Position numbers and translations under genes: made by a program
In this document: positions 52,901 through 64,000 of the stretch, piece by piece
How positions within the stretch are numbered: the stretch's first letter is position 1
Layout: each line of letters begins with the position of its first letter
The notes under the pieces: model-generated
Database searches by the model: none
What the model saw: the letters and a program-made list of their open reading frames with translations, nothing else
Told to the model about the DNA's origin: nothing
Source of the DNA: Marsupella aquatica
Lineage: Eukaryota > Plantae > Marchantiophyta
DNA length: 64,000 bases
Reading direction: 5' to 3'
Assembly: GCA_973895155.1 (NCBI GenBank)
Contig: OZ316893.1
Location: 20,278,857 to 20,342,856, forward strand

Positions 52901-53694
52901 GGAAGATCTCCAATGCTCATGTTGTTCGGGCAGACATCAGTGAGGAAGGTGCGCTAGACAAAGATTGCTTACGGCTCGCTGAGTCGGCAGCCAGAGCCGT
53001 TGATTATCCGAAGACTGGGAAGCCGGCACTGATACCCAACGAGTTGAGGCCCCGGAAGTACCCTGATTTTATGGAGAAGGAGGGGAGCATCACATACGAA
53101 TCCGAGAAAATTATTGGGAGGCTGTTCAGGTCGGTTAAGTGGATTCTTCCTAAGGACAATGAGTTATTGCTGGTGGATGAGGCAAGCAGTGCTTATAAAA
53201 TTCCCGAGCCTGTATATGATTCTGATTTGGAGGTGGTTGGGTTCGAAGCTTATCTTGAGAAGGCATGGGCCATTAAGCAGTCCTATGATCGACAATTGCA
53301 AGGCATTATGAACCAGTTCGGTATCACCAACGAGGCTGAGGTAGTAACAGGGCGTGTGAGTTTTTGCGCGGGGACGAACAGCCGCAAACAGGGCGATGTC
53401 AAGGATAGGGTTTCGGAATCATATCTCTCTCTGCGCAAAGAGTACGGCAGGCTCTTGAATTGCCATAATCTAGGTGATAGCGAGCAGGATAGTGTCGATT
53501 TAGTCGGAGTTGCTCGTGACGAGTATCTTTTGGCTCAGGCATCAGCTTGGTATCATGTCACCTACCACCCGAAGTGGTGTAGAAAGGCGCAGGACAGGAA
53601 CCCGAGTCATCGTCGATTTCTAAGCTTCCCTTGGGTGGCAGCCCACCTGTTAATTTGTATAAAGAACAGGAACAGAAAGAGATCCAAGATTTGA
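49901..53694 (+). CDS. RDR6: RNA-dependent RNA polymerase, RDR6-like, copy 1 (exons 49901-52513 and 52855-53694; ~1150 aa)
   Basis: N-terminal RRM-like region, IFYRTAEDDIYE...DDEDPWIR (RDR6 signature), SNRVTR, FLRVSFMDE, FLAFSNGQLR, RMGQCFS, FSDGCGKIS, QIRYAGYKG, LNRQII, KNPCMHPGD, catalytic ASGSDLDGD, AVDYPKTG, ASAWYHVTY and FLSFPW; one GT-AG intron. Confidence 0.95.
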
Positions 53695-54489
53695 GACGAT
53701 TTTGGGTAGACTAAACGTTTGACATCTCTCTTCGTCGATGTCAACGAAGACACAATCAAGCTCGTAGAACTCTTCGTTCTTAACGTTCGATGGCAGACGA
53801 TCAGGGAGATTCGTTAGGCAGTGATTGCTTGGATGACCTTGACCAGGTAACTTCCACAAATTGACGTAGGGCGTGAGAAGAAATCGTTGTCGACGACCTT
53901 TTAAGTGCCTGTTATTGTGCCTAGTTTTTCTGCCATTCTGGTTGCGTTCAGGAATGGAGTCAATGCATAGCATTCTTGTTGGGAAAGTAGGTAGAAGCAG
54001 CCGAGTTCACTGGCGATGATTAAGTTGGGTGTGGGTGAACTCACTCAAGGATCTAATTCCCTTCCTGTCCTGTTCGCAGATCAGCTTCAGATCAGACAAC
54101 ACCTGGGTGTCTATTTTCAATCATTGATACCTCCAATCATGTACACTGAGCAAGAATTGAGGGGGTGAAGCAAGCGTTTGTACAGCCAGGGTCCCAGACG
54201 AACATCTGCTCTTCGGTAGCTGACGAGAGACAGCACTGTGCTGGATCCAGGAAAGTTAGTTGAGATAGAACGGACGACACAGGGTGTCTGCATCCTGTGA
54301 CAGCTGCTATGAATAAATTCCCAGCCATCATGATCTTTGCTTATGGCACATGTTCTCCATCAAGTTCCTTGCCTCTCTTTTCTACTTTCAGGATAGGTGA
54401 GAGTGGTTTTGAGAGCGAGGAACTTCAATACTAGATGAACAAGCACGGAGTAGGGAGGTTCCTAGACCTCGAATCTTAGGCGAAAACTT

Positions 54490-54775
54490 TGAGAGCAATA
54501 GTCGGTCCAAACTGCTCTATCTACACTCATGAGCTTTGAAAATCCTCTAAGGCAGGTGACTCCCAAGTACTGTAAAGATGATTTCAATTTTGTGCAACGT
54601 GATCGCTTGATACCTGACAAAGATTATGGATCCAGTGTCAGAGCGCTAGTCTTGGTCAAGCTGCTTTACTTACAATCGTGAGTCTTTCTCCCAAGTAATG
54701 TAACGATGGTTCCAATTTTGTGCATTGTGATCTTTCGATACTTGACAAAGAATATGGATCTAGTGCCGGCAGTAT
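54490..54775. repeat. ~130-bp diverged tandem repeat 3' of RDR copy 1
   Basis: ctcccaagta.tgtaa.gatg.tt.caattttgtgca..gtgatc...tgacaaaga.tatggatc.agtg occurs twice. Confidence 0.8.
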
Positions 54776-57354
54776 TGATAAGTCTGGCAGACGTGCTCAG
54801 TGGAGTTTAGGATGGGGATACGTCTCCGGCGGGGACTCGCGTGGACACTCGTTATTTTGTGCCTTGCTTCGTCTATCGAAAAGTGTCTACGACCGTCATC
54901 GCCAAGGCCTCCATGAGAAGAAGATGATAACAGTGCCACAAAATAATGTTGTCCGGGTTGGGCTTCACAAGATCGCATTCATTTGTCTGCTAAGTGCCGG
55001 GGCTTCACGCTCACATCCATGCTGTGCAATTAAACGATTATTTTAAATCCATGTGAACACATCCCGTTTCTCCATTCTGTCAAACGAGCGTAGGTGTGAT
55101 CAATAGCTCGAAGAAAGAATAGGACAATGTTGCGAAATTTTATATTTACACATATCGTGCTGAGTATTCTGAACTGCAGAGTATTCTTAACAGAGTGCGA
55201 CACAGTGCTCGAAACCGTTGATTCTCTTCAGCGAAAGTATAGAAATGACTGCTCTATATCCCGAGAGCTAGTCACCGTAACCGAGGATTTGAGTTCAAAC
55301 AGCAAGAAGAAACAAAGATTCTCAAGAGAACAGCACAAGGAAAGCCCAATAGGTGGATTGTAAAAGATCGCCTTACACCTGCGCCTCTTGACAGGAAAGT
55401 ATAGAGTAAACAGGAAAGCATAGAGTAAACAGGAAAGCTAGCTCTACGATGGACTAGCGAAGACGCTACCAGACCTCGAAGGAAACCCTTCACAACGAGT
55501 TACGAGGCATCTCACTTTCGGATTCCAGCTATTTCTGGAAGAGTACAGTTGGAATGGGCAGGATGAGGATAGGTCGATAACTCCCTTGGCAGCCAAGCCG
55601 GTGCATCCATATTTATGATTAGCATGCTTGGCCTAACAGCAACGCTCAGAGCCTTGGACCAGATTATAAAGCCGGGAGCCCACGGATCTTACGAAACGTA
55701 AACCCCTAGTGCTCAATTCACTGGAAGGTCTTGTGTTAGAGCAGCTATGGAAACAAGTCCGCAGCCGATGTCCAAAGTATGTCGCATTGGATGCGGACAA
55801 CGCTATCTCTTTATCTTTTAAGATGGGATTCAATTCTTGGTTTTGTAACCTTGCCATGTTCTGTACATTGGTCCATAACTCATCCAGTGTTTCCCCTTCT
55901 GTATCACAGGAGGAATTGTTAGTTTAGAGTAAACCAAAGTGTATTCCGTCGGAACCGTGTCCAGAGATCCCTTGGGGGCTCACGGGTTTCGCGTCGCGCA
56001 GCTCCGTGGGAAGCTTCTGCAAAGAAAACGTAGCTCGTGTCTCGTTTCGTCGCTAGTGCATTTGGTTGATGCATTTTGTCAGCACAGAAATAGCTTTACG
56101 AACACACAGTCTGTGCATTGGCTCTTCGAACAGTAAGTGATCTTTGAAGTTTTAGTAAGCACTAAAACTTCTAATATGTTCGCTTCTGCACCGCACTTGA
56201 ACGTCTCTCCGGCAATCGGGACTCCTGGTTATCATGGTCTAACAAGCCACTGGAAAGAATTAAGAATCTCGCCCGGTGTCTTCCCCTGTCTTCCCCTGCC
56301 TTGTCCGATTTCTCCTTCCAGACAAGGGCCCTGCGTACACTGTATATTCCTTCTCGTTTATAATCGGAAACTTCACTGTTTTGAGATGTTTACCTTGCGA
56401 AAGTTTTCATGTGCTTCTTTAGATTTGACGGCTTCCACGAAAGCGCTTTATCTGTTTGTGTCGTCATTATCATTGATTCGTTGTTCTGTGTTCTCTCCAC
56501 ACCTTGGGATCACGTTATCATACAAGATCGTTCTCAATTTGGGGATAAGTTGAGTGCTCCGGAAGCGATGAGATGCCGAGGTGAGGGTATCTGACGGCCT
56601 ACTTCTAAATATGCATCAAAATGCATTCGTTGGGAGTCATGGATTGTATTGCTCTACGTTGATAATGGAGGTAGCCAAAGTCTCCGAGAAAGTACATGCC
56701 TGGCCTTAATCAGCGTCCGGTTCATGTTGTTAGAATTGAATGCAATATTTTAATGTATATCACTTCATGTGAGTTCGCATCTTCTCTCACCTATCAGCCC
56801 TTTTCTCACCTATATACCCGTTTGTATCAGCTATTTCTCGCAGACACTGACTAAATCAGGTTTTATTACTAAGTGACGAAATCCTTGAGAAGCCATGATT
56901 TGAAAGGGTTTTACTTATGCCGGAGATCGGAAAACAGATAAGTTTTAATCGTACTTCACGATTGGTATGGATTGAAGATGCTCGTTAGAAATATCAATCT
57001 ACCATTCTTTGGCCAGAGAATCGTCTTTGTCCACACTCGTACAAGCTTGGCTGTGTCTAATTTCTCTGTCCTATCAGTTCCAGTATTTGGTTTCTTTTAA
57101 TTAAAACATCCAATTCTTGTCCTCGAGTCCGGCCCCGAAGTGAAAATGATTTCGACCTTATATCAATTGGATATAATTTCATCTCACTCACTCAGAGAGT
57201 TTCTGCTTTCCGCCCAAGTTCCGGAGTGAGAGCGGAAACAATTAACGACAGAATCCACTTGTAGAACGAAGCAATTTCCTTGTAGAACGAAGCAATTTCA
57301 AGCTCCCCTTTGTATAATCAGAAGCTCCATTTTGGACGACTTCCAAATTGTTCT

Positions 57355-57978
57355 GGAAACCCGATGAATTTTGGTCATGAAGCAAATTACACGATAATTT
57401 GCCGCATTTTGACAATATTCCCTCAAGCAAACATGGCAGAACCATGCAGACAGAAGAGTCCACATCTCTGCCTCGAAGCACACAAGGTTCAACGTATAAT
57501 GCGGAGAATGAGCTCGGTTCCTTTATTTCTCTCCCTCAATTGAGAGAGATCCAAAACGACAGATTCAACAAAGTGAAATTGTTTCTGACCCGCGGAACCA
57601 TATTAGTTAACTTACACAAGGAGTGGCATGAAGCCGAGGGACAGCGTGCATGACATTTCTTAAGTGCCTTCAGTGCATTACGATTACTGTGAGTTGGAAG
57701 ATCTCGAGAAATTGGACAACCGTGTTCTCTTCGTCCTCGGACTTCTGCCGCAGGGTTGCAGAGATGCTCTTGCCTGGGAAAACCTGATGACAAACAAGCA
57801 CATCAATCTGCTTTGTGGATCAGGTCACCGAACAATGGTCAAGGATGTCACCTGGCTTGATGCATTCTCACCTGAAGCATCTTGAAGGGGTGATACTTGG
57901 ACAATTTGGCCGCTGTCCCAGATGTAAACCTTCATTTGAAGGGATGCGGCCCTGATCTATGTGAATCCTCAACTCAAG
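57355..57978 (+). pseudogene. Degenerate F-box(-associated) gene remnant upstream of RDR copy 2
   Basis: S*SKLHD/IICRILTIFPQANMAEPCR (F-box-like), LGLL, NLMTNK and DAFSPEAS*RG, with the same stops as copy 1. Confidence 0.45.
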
Positions 57979-58689
57979 GTAATCAAATATTTGTATTGAG
58001 ATGACAGTCTATTTCTCCGGGCGAGGGTTGAATTCTCTAGCAGTAAAAATGATCAGTCGCCCATATCGTGTCTAGTTTGTCACAATGCTCAACTTTCTGT
58101 TTCCAATTAGCAGTTCCGTAGAGCATGGGGTGGCTCCTTGCTCGCCAGGGATCTCCTAGTTTTGAATGAAAGTTTTTTACTGTCACGTAGAAAACAGTTT
58201 CGTGATTATGATAATGGAAGGCTTTTTCGGAAAGATGATTAGGTCGGTTGTATGCATATGACTTTGTTACTTCCATCTTGAGTCTCTTGCTACTTATCTA
58301 CCCGCTCCGCCCTATGGAACCTCTGATGCCTGCAGGTTGTGTAATCTTTGATTTGTTCCTTGGTTCTTTCCATCACTTGATTTCTTGCCATTTCCCTCCA
58401 CTGGCCTACGCTGCAGTGGAGTTTGGAAAGATTTCTGTCTATTTTAATTCTCGTGACGGAATGGTTTCGTTCGACTTACATTTGGATAGAAATGCTGTTA
58501 GAAGACCACCTCCAGTAAGTCTCTGTTTCCACTGGGGTTTCCTTCAAATGGATCAGTCGAGATCTGGCAGTTGGTTTCGTAACCTCTGGCAATATCGTAC
58601 AACGCTGATAGTTTACATTTCCAGGAATCTTATGCGCACAATTTCCGTTTGTCTTGGTTTCAGGGACTTGTCTCCGGCAGGGGTGGAGG

Positions 58690-61600
58690 ATGAGTCCTGC
58701 TCTCCAGACCCCGACCCTAGTGTCATTTGGGAATTTCCCAGAGGATGTGCAAGCAGAGGAACTCGCAAAATTCTTGGAATCCAGGGTGGGTCTCGTTCTT
58801 CGATGCAAAATCAAGAAGGCACGGGCCCCAACTCCTCCCCATGCCTTCGTTCATTTTGAATCTCCGAAAGTGGCCCAAGAAGCGCTCAAAATGGCAAAGA
58901 AGGGTCGTCTAATCTTAAGACAACAATGGCAATTGGAGGCTCACATGGACGACCGAGCATGGGTCACTGGTCAACGTGGTCTGAAGTCCAAGGTTAATAC
59001 ACACATTGTGTTGACCGACGTCAAGGTGGAGGTGGGTTCCATTCTAGGACCAGAGTCTATGCTCATCAGTTGGAGAGGTCCTGAGAAAGGGCCATTCTTT
59101 CGTATTGAACCTCCAATCAAGCGCTTGAGGTTTTTCTTCTCGCAGTATCTGCAGCTCAGCCCTGAATCCAACGACGTCTGGTGTGATGTGATGATTGAGG
59201 TACGTTTACATACAGTCAAACAGGTTCGAGAACTAGAGCGTGAGGTGGATCCCGTTCTACTCCTTCAGCTATCGGCGCCTCCTTGGATCTTTTACCGAAC
59301 TGCAGAAGACGACATTTATGAGTATGATAGGGATCCTTCACAGCTCGCTGACGATGAAGATCCCTGGATTCGTTCCTTGGACATTGTCACTCCTGACAGG
59401 AGTATTGGACGGTGTTTGGATTACAGGCTCACCGTGTCTCCTCGCCAAAGAACAGCATTCATGAAAGTGGTGGGGTACTTCAGAGACCAGAACGTTCTGC
59501 AAAAATCTATTCAAGCACCATATGCTCTTTACTTAGAGGAGCCTCCAAATTCAAACGAAAGACATTTTTTCACGGTCCCACATCAGAAGGACGTACCCTT
59601 TGATGCTATGGTGCTCGTGAATTCTCTAGTCCATCATGGGATTTTGCATGTCAGTAACCTTTCTCAACCCTTCTACAATCTGCTGAAGAGAAATGACAGA
59701 ACTTCAGACGAGGTTGGAATACGTTCTCTGAGACACATGCTCACCTACGAGAGACCTGTGTTCAAGCCTGCGGAGGAGCTACGATCAATTATTCAGGAAG
59801 TGATGAACGATGAGACATTGGTGACAGAACCGGAGCTGACAGAGAGAACTATGGTGGTGAGGAGATTGATCATAACTCCGACACGGGCTGTATGTCTTGC
59901 TCCAGAGGTTGAGGTATCGAACCGAGTGACAAGACATTTCAAGAGAATATCTGACCGTTTCTTAAGAGTTTCTTTTATGGATGAGGATGGGCAGTCCATT
60001 TCTTCCGGGTCACTGACGGTTCAGGTAGCTCCGATTGTCCGAGCAGTGTCTAAGAGTCTTTTATATTTCAGAACAAATGTGTACAATCGTGTTGTGACCA
60101 TAATGAAGGATGGGTTTCGTCTCTGTGGACGGGAGTACCACTTCTTGGCCTTTTCCAATGGGCAGCTCAGGGATGCTTCTGCTTGGTTCTACGCCACTGA
60201 TGGCTACATCAAAGCACATGAGATTCGGGAGTGGATGGGAACTTTCCCTGGCAGAAACGTAGCAAAGCATGCTGCGAGAATGGGACAGTGTTTCTCAGCA
60301 ACTCAAAGAACAACTGAGGTTCAGACAGCAGAAGTCCTCGAATTGGCTGACATAATGAGAAATGGCTACGATTTCTCCGATGGCTGTGGCAAGATTAGTC
60401 CTGAATTTGCTCAGGTTGTAGCTGAGATTTTGAAATTGAGCGAGAACCCGCCATCGGCATATCAAATTCGATATGCTGGATACAAAGGGGTGGTGGCAGT
60501 TTGGCCCATCGAGACAATCGACGGACAGATACACAAGCTTGCTTTGCGAGGAAGCATGAAGAAGTTCGACTCTTTCCATCGTGAGTTGGAGATTTGTAGC
60601 TGGTCGAGGTTCTTGCCTTGCTACTTGAATCGACAGATCATCACTCTTCTGTCCACTTTAAATGTAGACGACAGGGTCTTCGAGGAACTACAGGAGACGA
60701 TGGTACAGAATCTAAATCGTATGGTGGTGGATGGGGACTTGGCTTATTCTGTCCTGAGGGAGTCTTGTGCGGGTGAGCTTTGTAATACTGCACTCCGAAT
60801 GTTGGGTGCAGGATTTGATCCTAATTCTGAAGCTCATTTGAAGTCTATGCTGGTGGCAATCAGGGCTAGCCAGCTAGAGGAGCTGGTCCAGAAGACCAAG
60901 ATCTATGTGCTGAAAGGCAGGTGGCTCTTGGGTTGTTTGGACGAAACGGCAACTTTGAATTATGGTGAGTGCTTTGTGCAAGCAACAAGCTCAAAGGATC
61001 GATCCACTAGTGTAGTTATAACTGGACCGGTTATTATGACGAAAAATCCATGCATGCATCCTGGGGACATCAGAGTGCTCATGGCTGTTGATGTTCCCGC
61101 GTTGCACCACATGGTCGACAGTTTGGTTGTCCCTCAAAATGGACCGAGGCCTCATGCTAATGAAGCATCTGGCAGCGACTTAGACGGGGATCTGTACTTT
61201 GTGTCTTGGGATGAGAATCTACTTCCACCTAGCAGAAAGAGCTCGGCCCCAATGGAGTATATTACACAGGTGGCGAAGGACATGTTGGGACCAGTGAAAA
61301 GAGAGGTAATTGAAGAATTTTGTGTTGCTATTTGTTTTCTTTCTCAATGTCTTGAGCCAATCACTGTGGCTGTTTGTTCTCCTGTGTGTTGTCGAGTACC
61401 TTATCGAAGGAGTTTTGCAGCTAGGTGCGATGGGCTTCGTCTTGACTAGGTTTTGGCCCAAATGGCAGAGCATGTGGTATTGGATGTACTCTCGATTGTT
61501 ACTGTTATATTTTTCAACCTCGTCTATGTAGAAATACTTCCGTAGTATCCAGCATGCTTGAGCAGAATGTCACTTGAGACTCTGGCTGATCGTTTTGTTC

Positions 61601-62461
61601 ATTTGGTTGAAAATGTCTCATGAGCAGCATATTGTGGAGTTTTTCGCTAAGCACATTCTGAATGATAACTTGGGAAAGATCTCCAATGCTCATGTTGTTC
61701 GGGCAGACATCAGTGAAGAAGGTGCTCTGGACAAAGACTGCTTGCTTCTCGCTGAATTGGCAGCCAGAGCGGTTGATTACCCGAAGACTGGGAAGCCAGC
61801 AGTGATGCCCTTTGAGTTGAAGCCCCGGAAGTACCCTGATTTCATCGAGAAGGAGGAGAGCATCACATACAAATCCCAAAAAATTATTGGGAGGCTGTTC
61901 AGGTCGGTGAAATCGATTCTTCCTAAGGACAGTGAGTTATTGCTGCTGGATGAGGCAAGCAGTCCTTACAGAATTCTCGAGCCTGTGTATGATTCTGATT
62001 TAGAGGTGGTTGGGTTCGAAGCTTATCTTGAGAAGGCATTGGCCATTAAGCAGTCCTATGATAGACAACTGCAAGCGATTATGAACCAGTTCAGTATCAC
62101 CAACGAGGCTGAGGTAGTAACAGGGCATGTGATGGTTGGCCCAAGGTCGAACAGCCGCAGACAGGGTGATGTCAAGGATAGGGTTACATATGCATATCTT
62201 GCTCTCCACAAAGAGTACAGCATACTCATAAATCGCCATAATCTAGGTGATAGCGAGCAGCCTAGTGACAATTTACTCAGTGTTGCTGCTGGGGAAGATC
62301 TTTTGGCTCAGGCGTCAGCTTGGTACCATGTCACCTACCACCAGAATTGGTACAGAAAGGCGCGGGACAGCAACCCGAGTCAGCGTCCATTTCTGAGCTT
62401 CCCTTGGGTGGCAGTCGACCTTTTAATTGCCATTAAAAATAGAAAGAGATCCAGGATCTGA
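58690..62461 (+). CDS. RDR6: RNA-dependent RNA polymerase, RDR6-like, copy 2 (exons 58690-61305 and 61628-62461; ~1149 aa)
   Basis: Same motifs as copy 1, including NEASGSDLDGDLYFVSWD; intact reading frame; intron at the homologous position. Confidence 0.95.
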
Positions 62462-63459
62462 GGCGATTTTGAGAAGACTATGCGCTTCGCATCTCTTTTC
62501 GTCGATGCCCATGAAGACATCCAAACCCCTCGAGCTCTTAATTGTTCGACGGCATACAATCAGGGAGATTCATTCAGCACTGATTCCTTGGGATGATCTT
62601 GATCAGGTAACTTCCACGATTTGACAGAAGGCGAGGAATGTGAGAAGAAATCCGCGTGCCGAGGACCATTTTACGTTCCTATTATTTGATCTAGTTTTCC
62701 GGCCATTCTCGTTGCAGCTAGTGCATTCTGTGATGGAGTGAAAGCATGACATTATTGCTGTTCAAGTAGATAGAAGCAGCCGAGTTCACCGTTGCTGATT
62801 AAGTTGGGTGTGGGTGCACTCAAGAATCTAATTCCCTCACCCGTCCTGTTCTCAGATCAGCTTCAGATAAGCCAACTCCTGGTTGGCTATTTCCAATCAT
62901 CGACACCTCCCATCATGTACACTGAGCAGCAGTTGAGGTGGTGAAGTAACCGTATGCAGAGCCAATTCCCAGATGAACATCTGCTCTTCGGTTGCTGGCG
63001 AGAGACAGCACAGGGCTGGATCCAGCAAGTTTGGAGTGGCATCCTAGGGTGTGAGGGGTGGCTATAAAGGGAAAGAAGACCCGGGGAATCGTGCAAGGGC
63101 GTGACCATAACAACAACCACACACAACAAAGGTCGTGGAGATTTATATGATTAATTAGCCAGCTTTAGATATTGCAATCCAATCCTCTCTTTTCCGAGGA
63201 GGGAATAACGTTGGCAGTCTATTTGATGAGATCGGACCGACAGCAGAGGGTGTCTGCATTCTGCAACAGCTGCTTTGAAAGTATGCCCAAAGACGGTGAT
63301 TGTCTTGTGGCACATAATCACGTTCTCCAACGAGTTCCCTGCCTCTCCTTTCTACGTTGTCGGATAGAAAATGCTTTAGAGAGCAAGGGACTTCACAACT
63401 AGATGAACAAGCTCGGAGTAAGAAGGTCCCTAAGACCTCGAAATCTTAGGTGGAAGCTT

Positions 63460-63795
63460 TCAGAGCATTAGTGTTGGTCCAAACTAGTCTACCTACAATA
63501 CATGTCAAAGAATATGGATCCAGTGTCAGAGCATTAGTCTTGGTCTGCTCTACCTACAATAGTGAGTTGTGAAAATCCTCTCAGGCAGGTTGCTCCCAAG
63601 TACTGTAAAGCCGGTTTCTATTTTGTGCATTGCAATCTTTCCTTACATGTCAAAGAATATGGATCCAGTGTCAGATTGGTCAAAACTGCTTTCGCAACAA
63701 CCGTGAGTTGCGAAAATCCTCTCACGCAGGTGGCTCCTAAGTACTGTAAAGATGGTTTCAATTTTGTGCGTTGTGAGCTTTGGATGCATGAGAAA
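63460..63795. repeat. ~135-bp diverged tandem repeat 3' of RDR copy 2
   Basis: catgtcaaagaatatggatccagtgtcaga and gtgagttg.gaaaatcctctca.gcaggt.gctcc.aagtactgtaaag are repeated. Confidence 0.85.
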
Positions 63796-64000
63796 GAACA
63801 TCTGCCCTACTACGCTTTAATTTTCAAAAGGTAGGTCCCCAACCGGGCCCTCAATTTCCCAAATAGATGCAACAGAGCATAGCCCTCGCTCAGTTCCACC
63901 GTGCTAGTCAAAGATATTCTACATGTCTAGGTAAGTTCTATGGCTCTTTCTGGCATGATGGAATCCGTCAGTCTAAAACTTCTGGGTTGCGATATTCCAA

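Larger units (their letters stand above)
48570..54770 (+). repeat. Segmental duplication unit 1 (homologous to 57290-63790)
   Basis: Upstream leader, both exons, intron and 3' flank align with the second copy; ATG offset is 8789 bp. Confidence 0.93.
57290..63790 (+). repeat. Segmental duplication unit 2
   Basis: Homologous to 48570-54770 throughout. Confidence 0.93.

Noticed and set aside
55400-56140. Gene between the RDR copies
   Set aside because: Short broken frames only, with no recognisable family or consistent exon chain.

Overview
Eukaryotic land-plant nuclear DNA (intron-rich genes; a non-seed plant such as a liverwort is plausible but is only inference). I could assemble five intact-looking protein genes by hand. 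(1) A 14-exon CAAX prenyl protease STE24/FACE1 (-, 7787-13421). (2) A TTC4/Cns1-type TPR co-chaperone (+, 17050-20094) with a U12-type AT-AC intron and a probable GC-AG intron. (3) A plastid BADC (non-biotinylated BCCP-like) gene (-, 21684-25307). (4, 5) A tandem pair of RDR6-like RNA-dependent RNA polymerases (+, 49901-53694 and 58690-62461) from a segmental duplication with ~8.8 kb offset. The 26-47 kb interval is transposon-rich. It holds a decayed, intron-containing Kolobok/MULE-like DDE transposase with an embedded SAP domain and a decayed Ty3/Gypsy-type accessory ORF. The most unusual items are the SAP-containing Kolobok-like element, the diverging RDR6 pair with different promoters and an F-box-like pseudogene apparently built into both 5' leaders, and a 154-bp duplication that creates an in-frame pseudo-exon in STE24. 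All calls come from manual translation and recalled family motifs; no database search was run.
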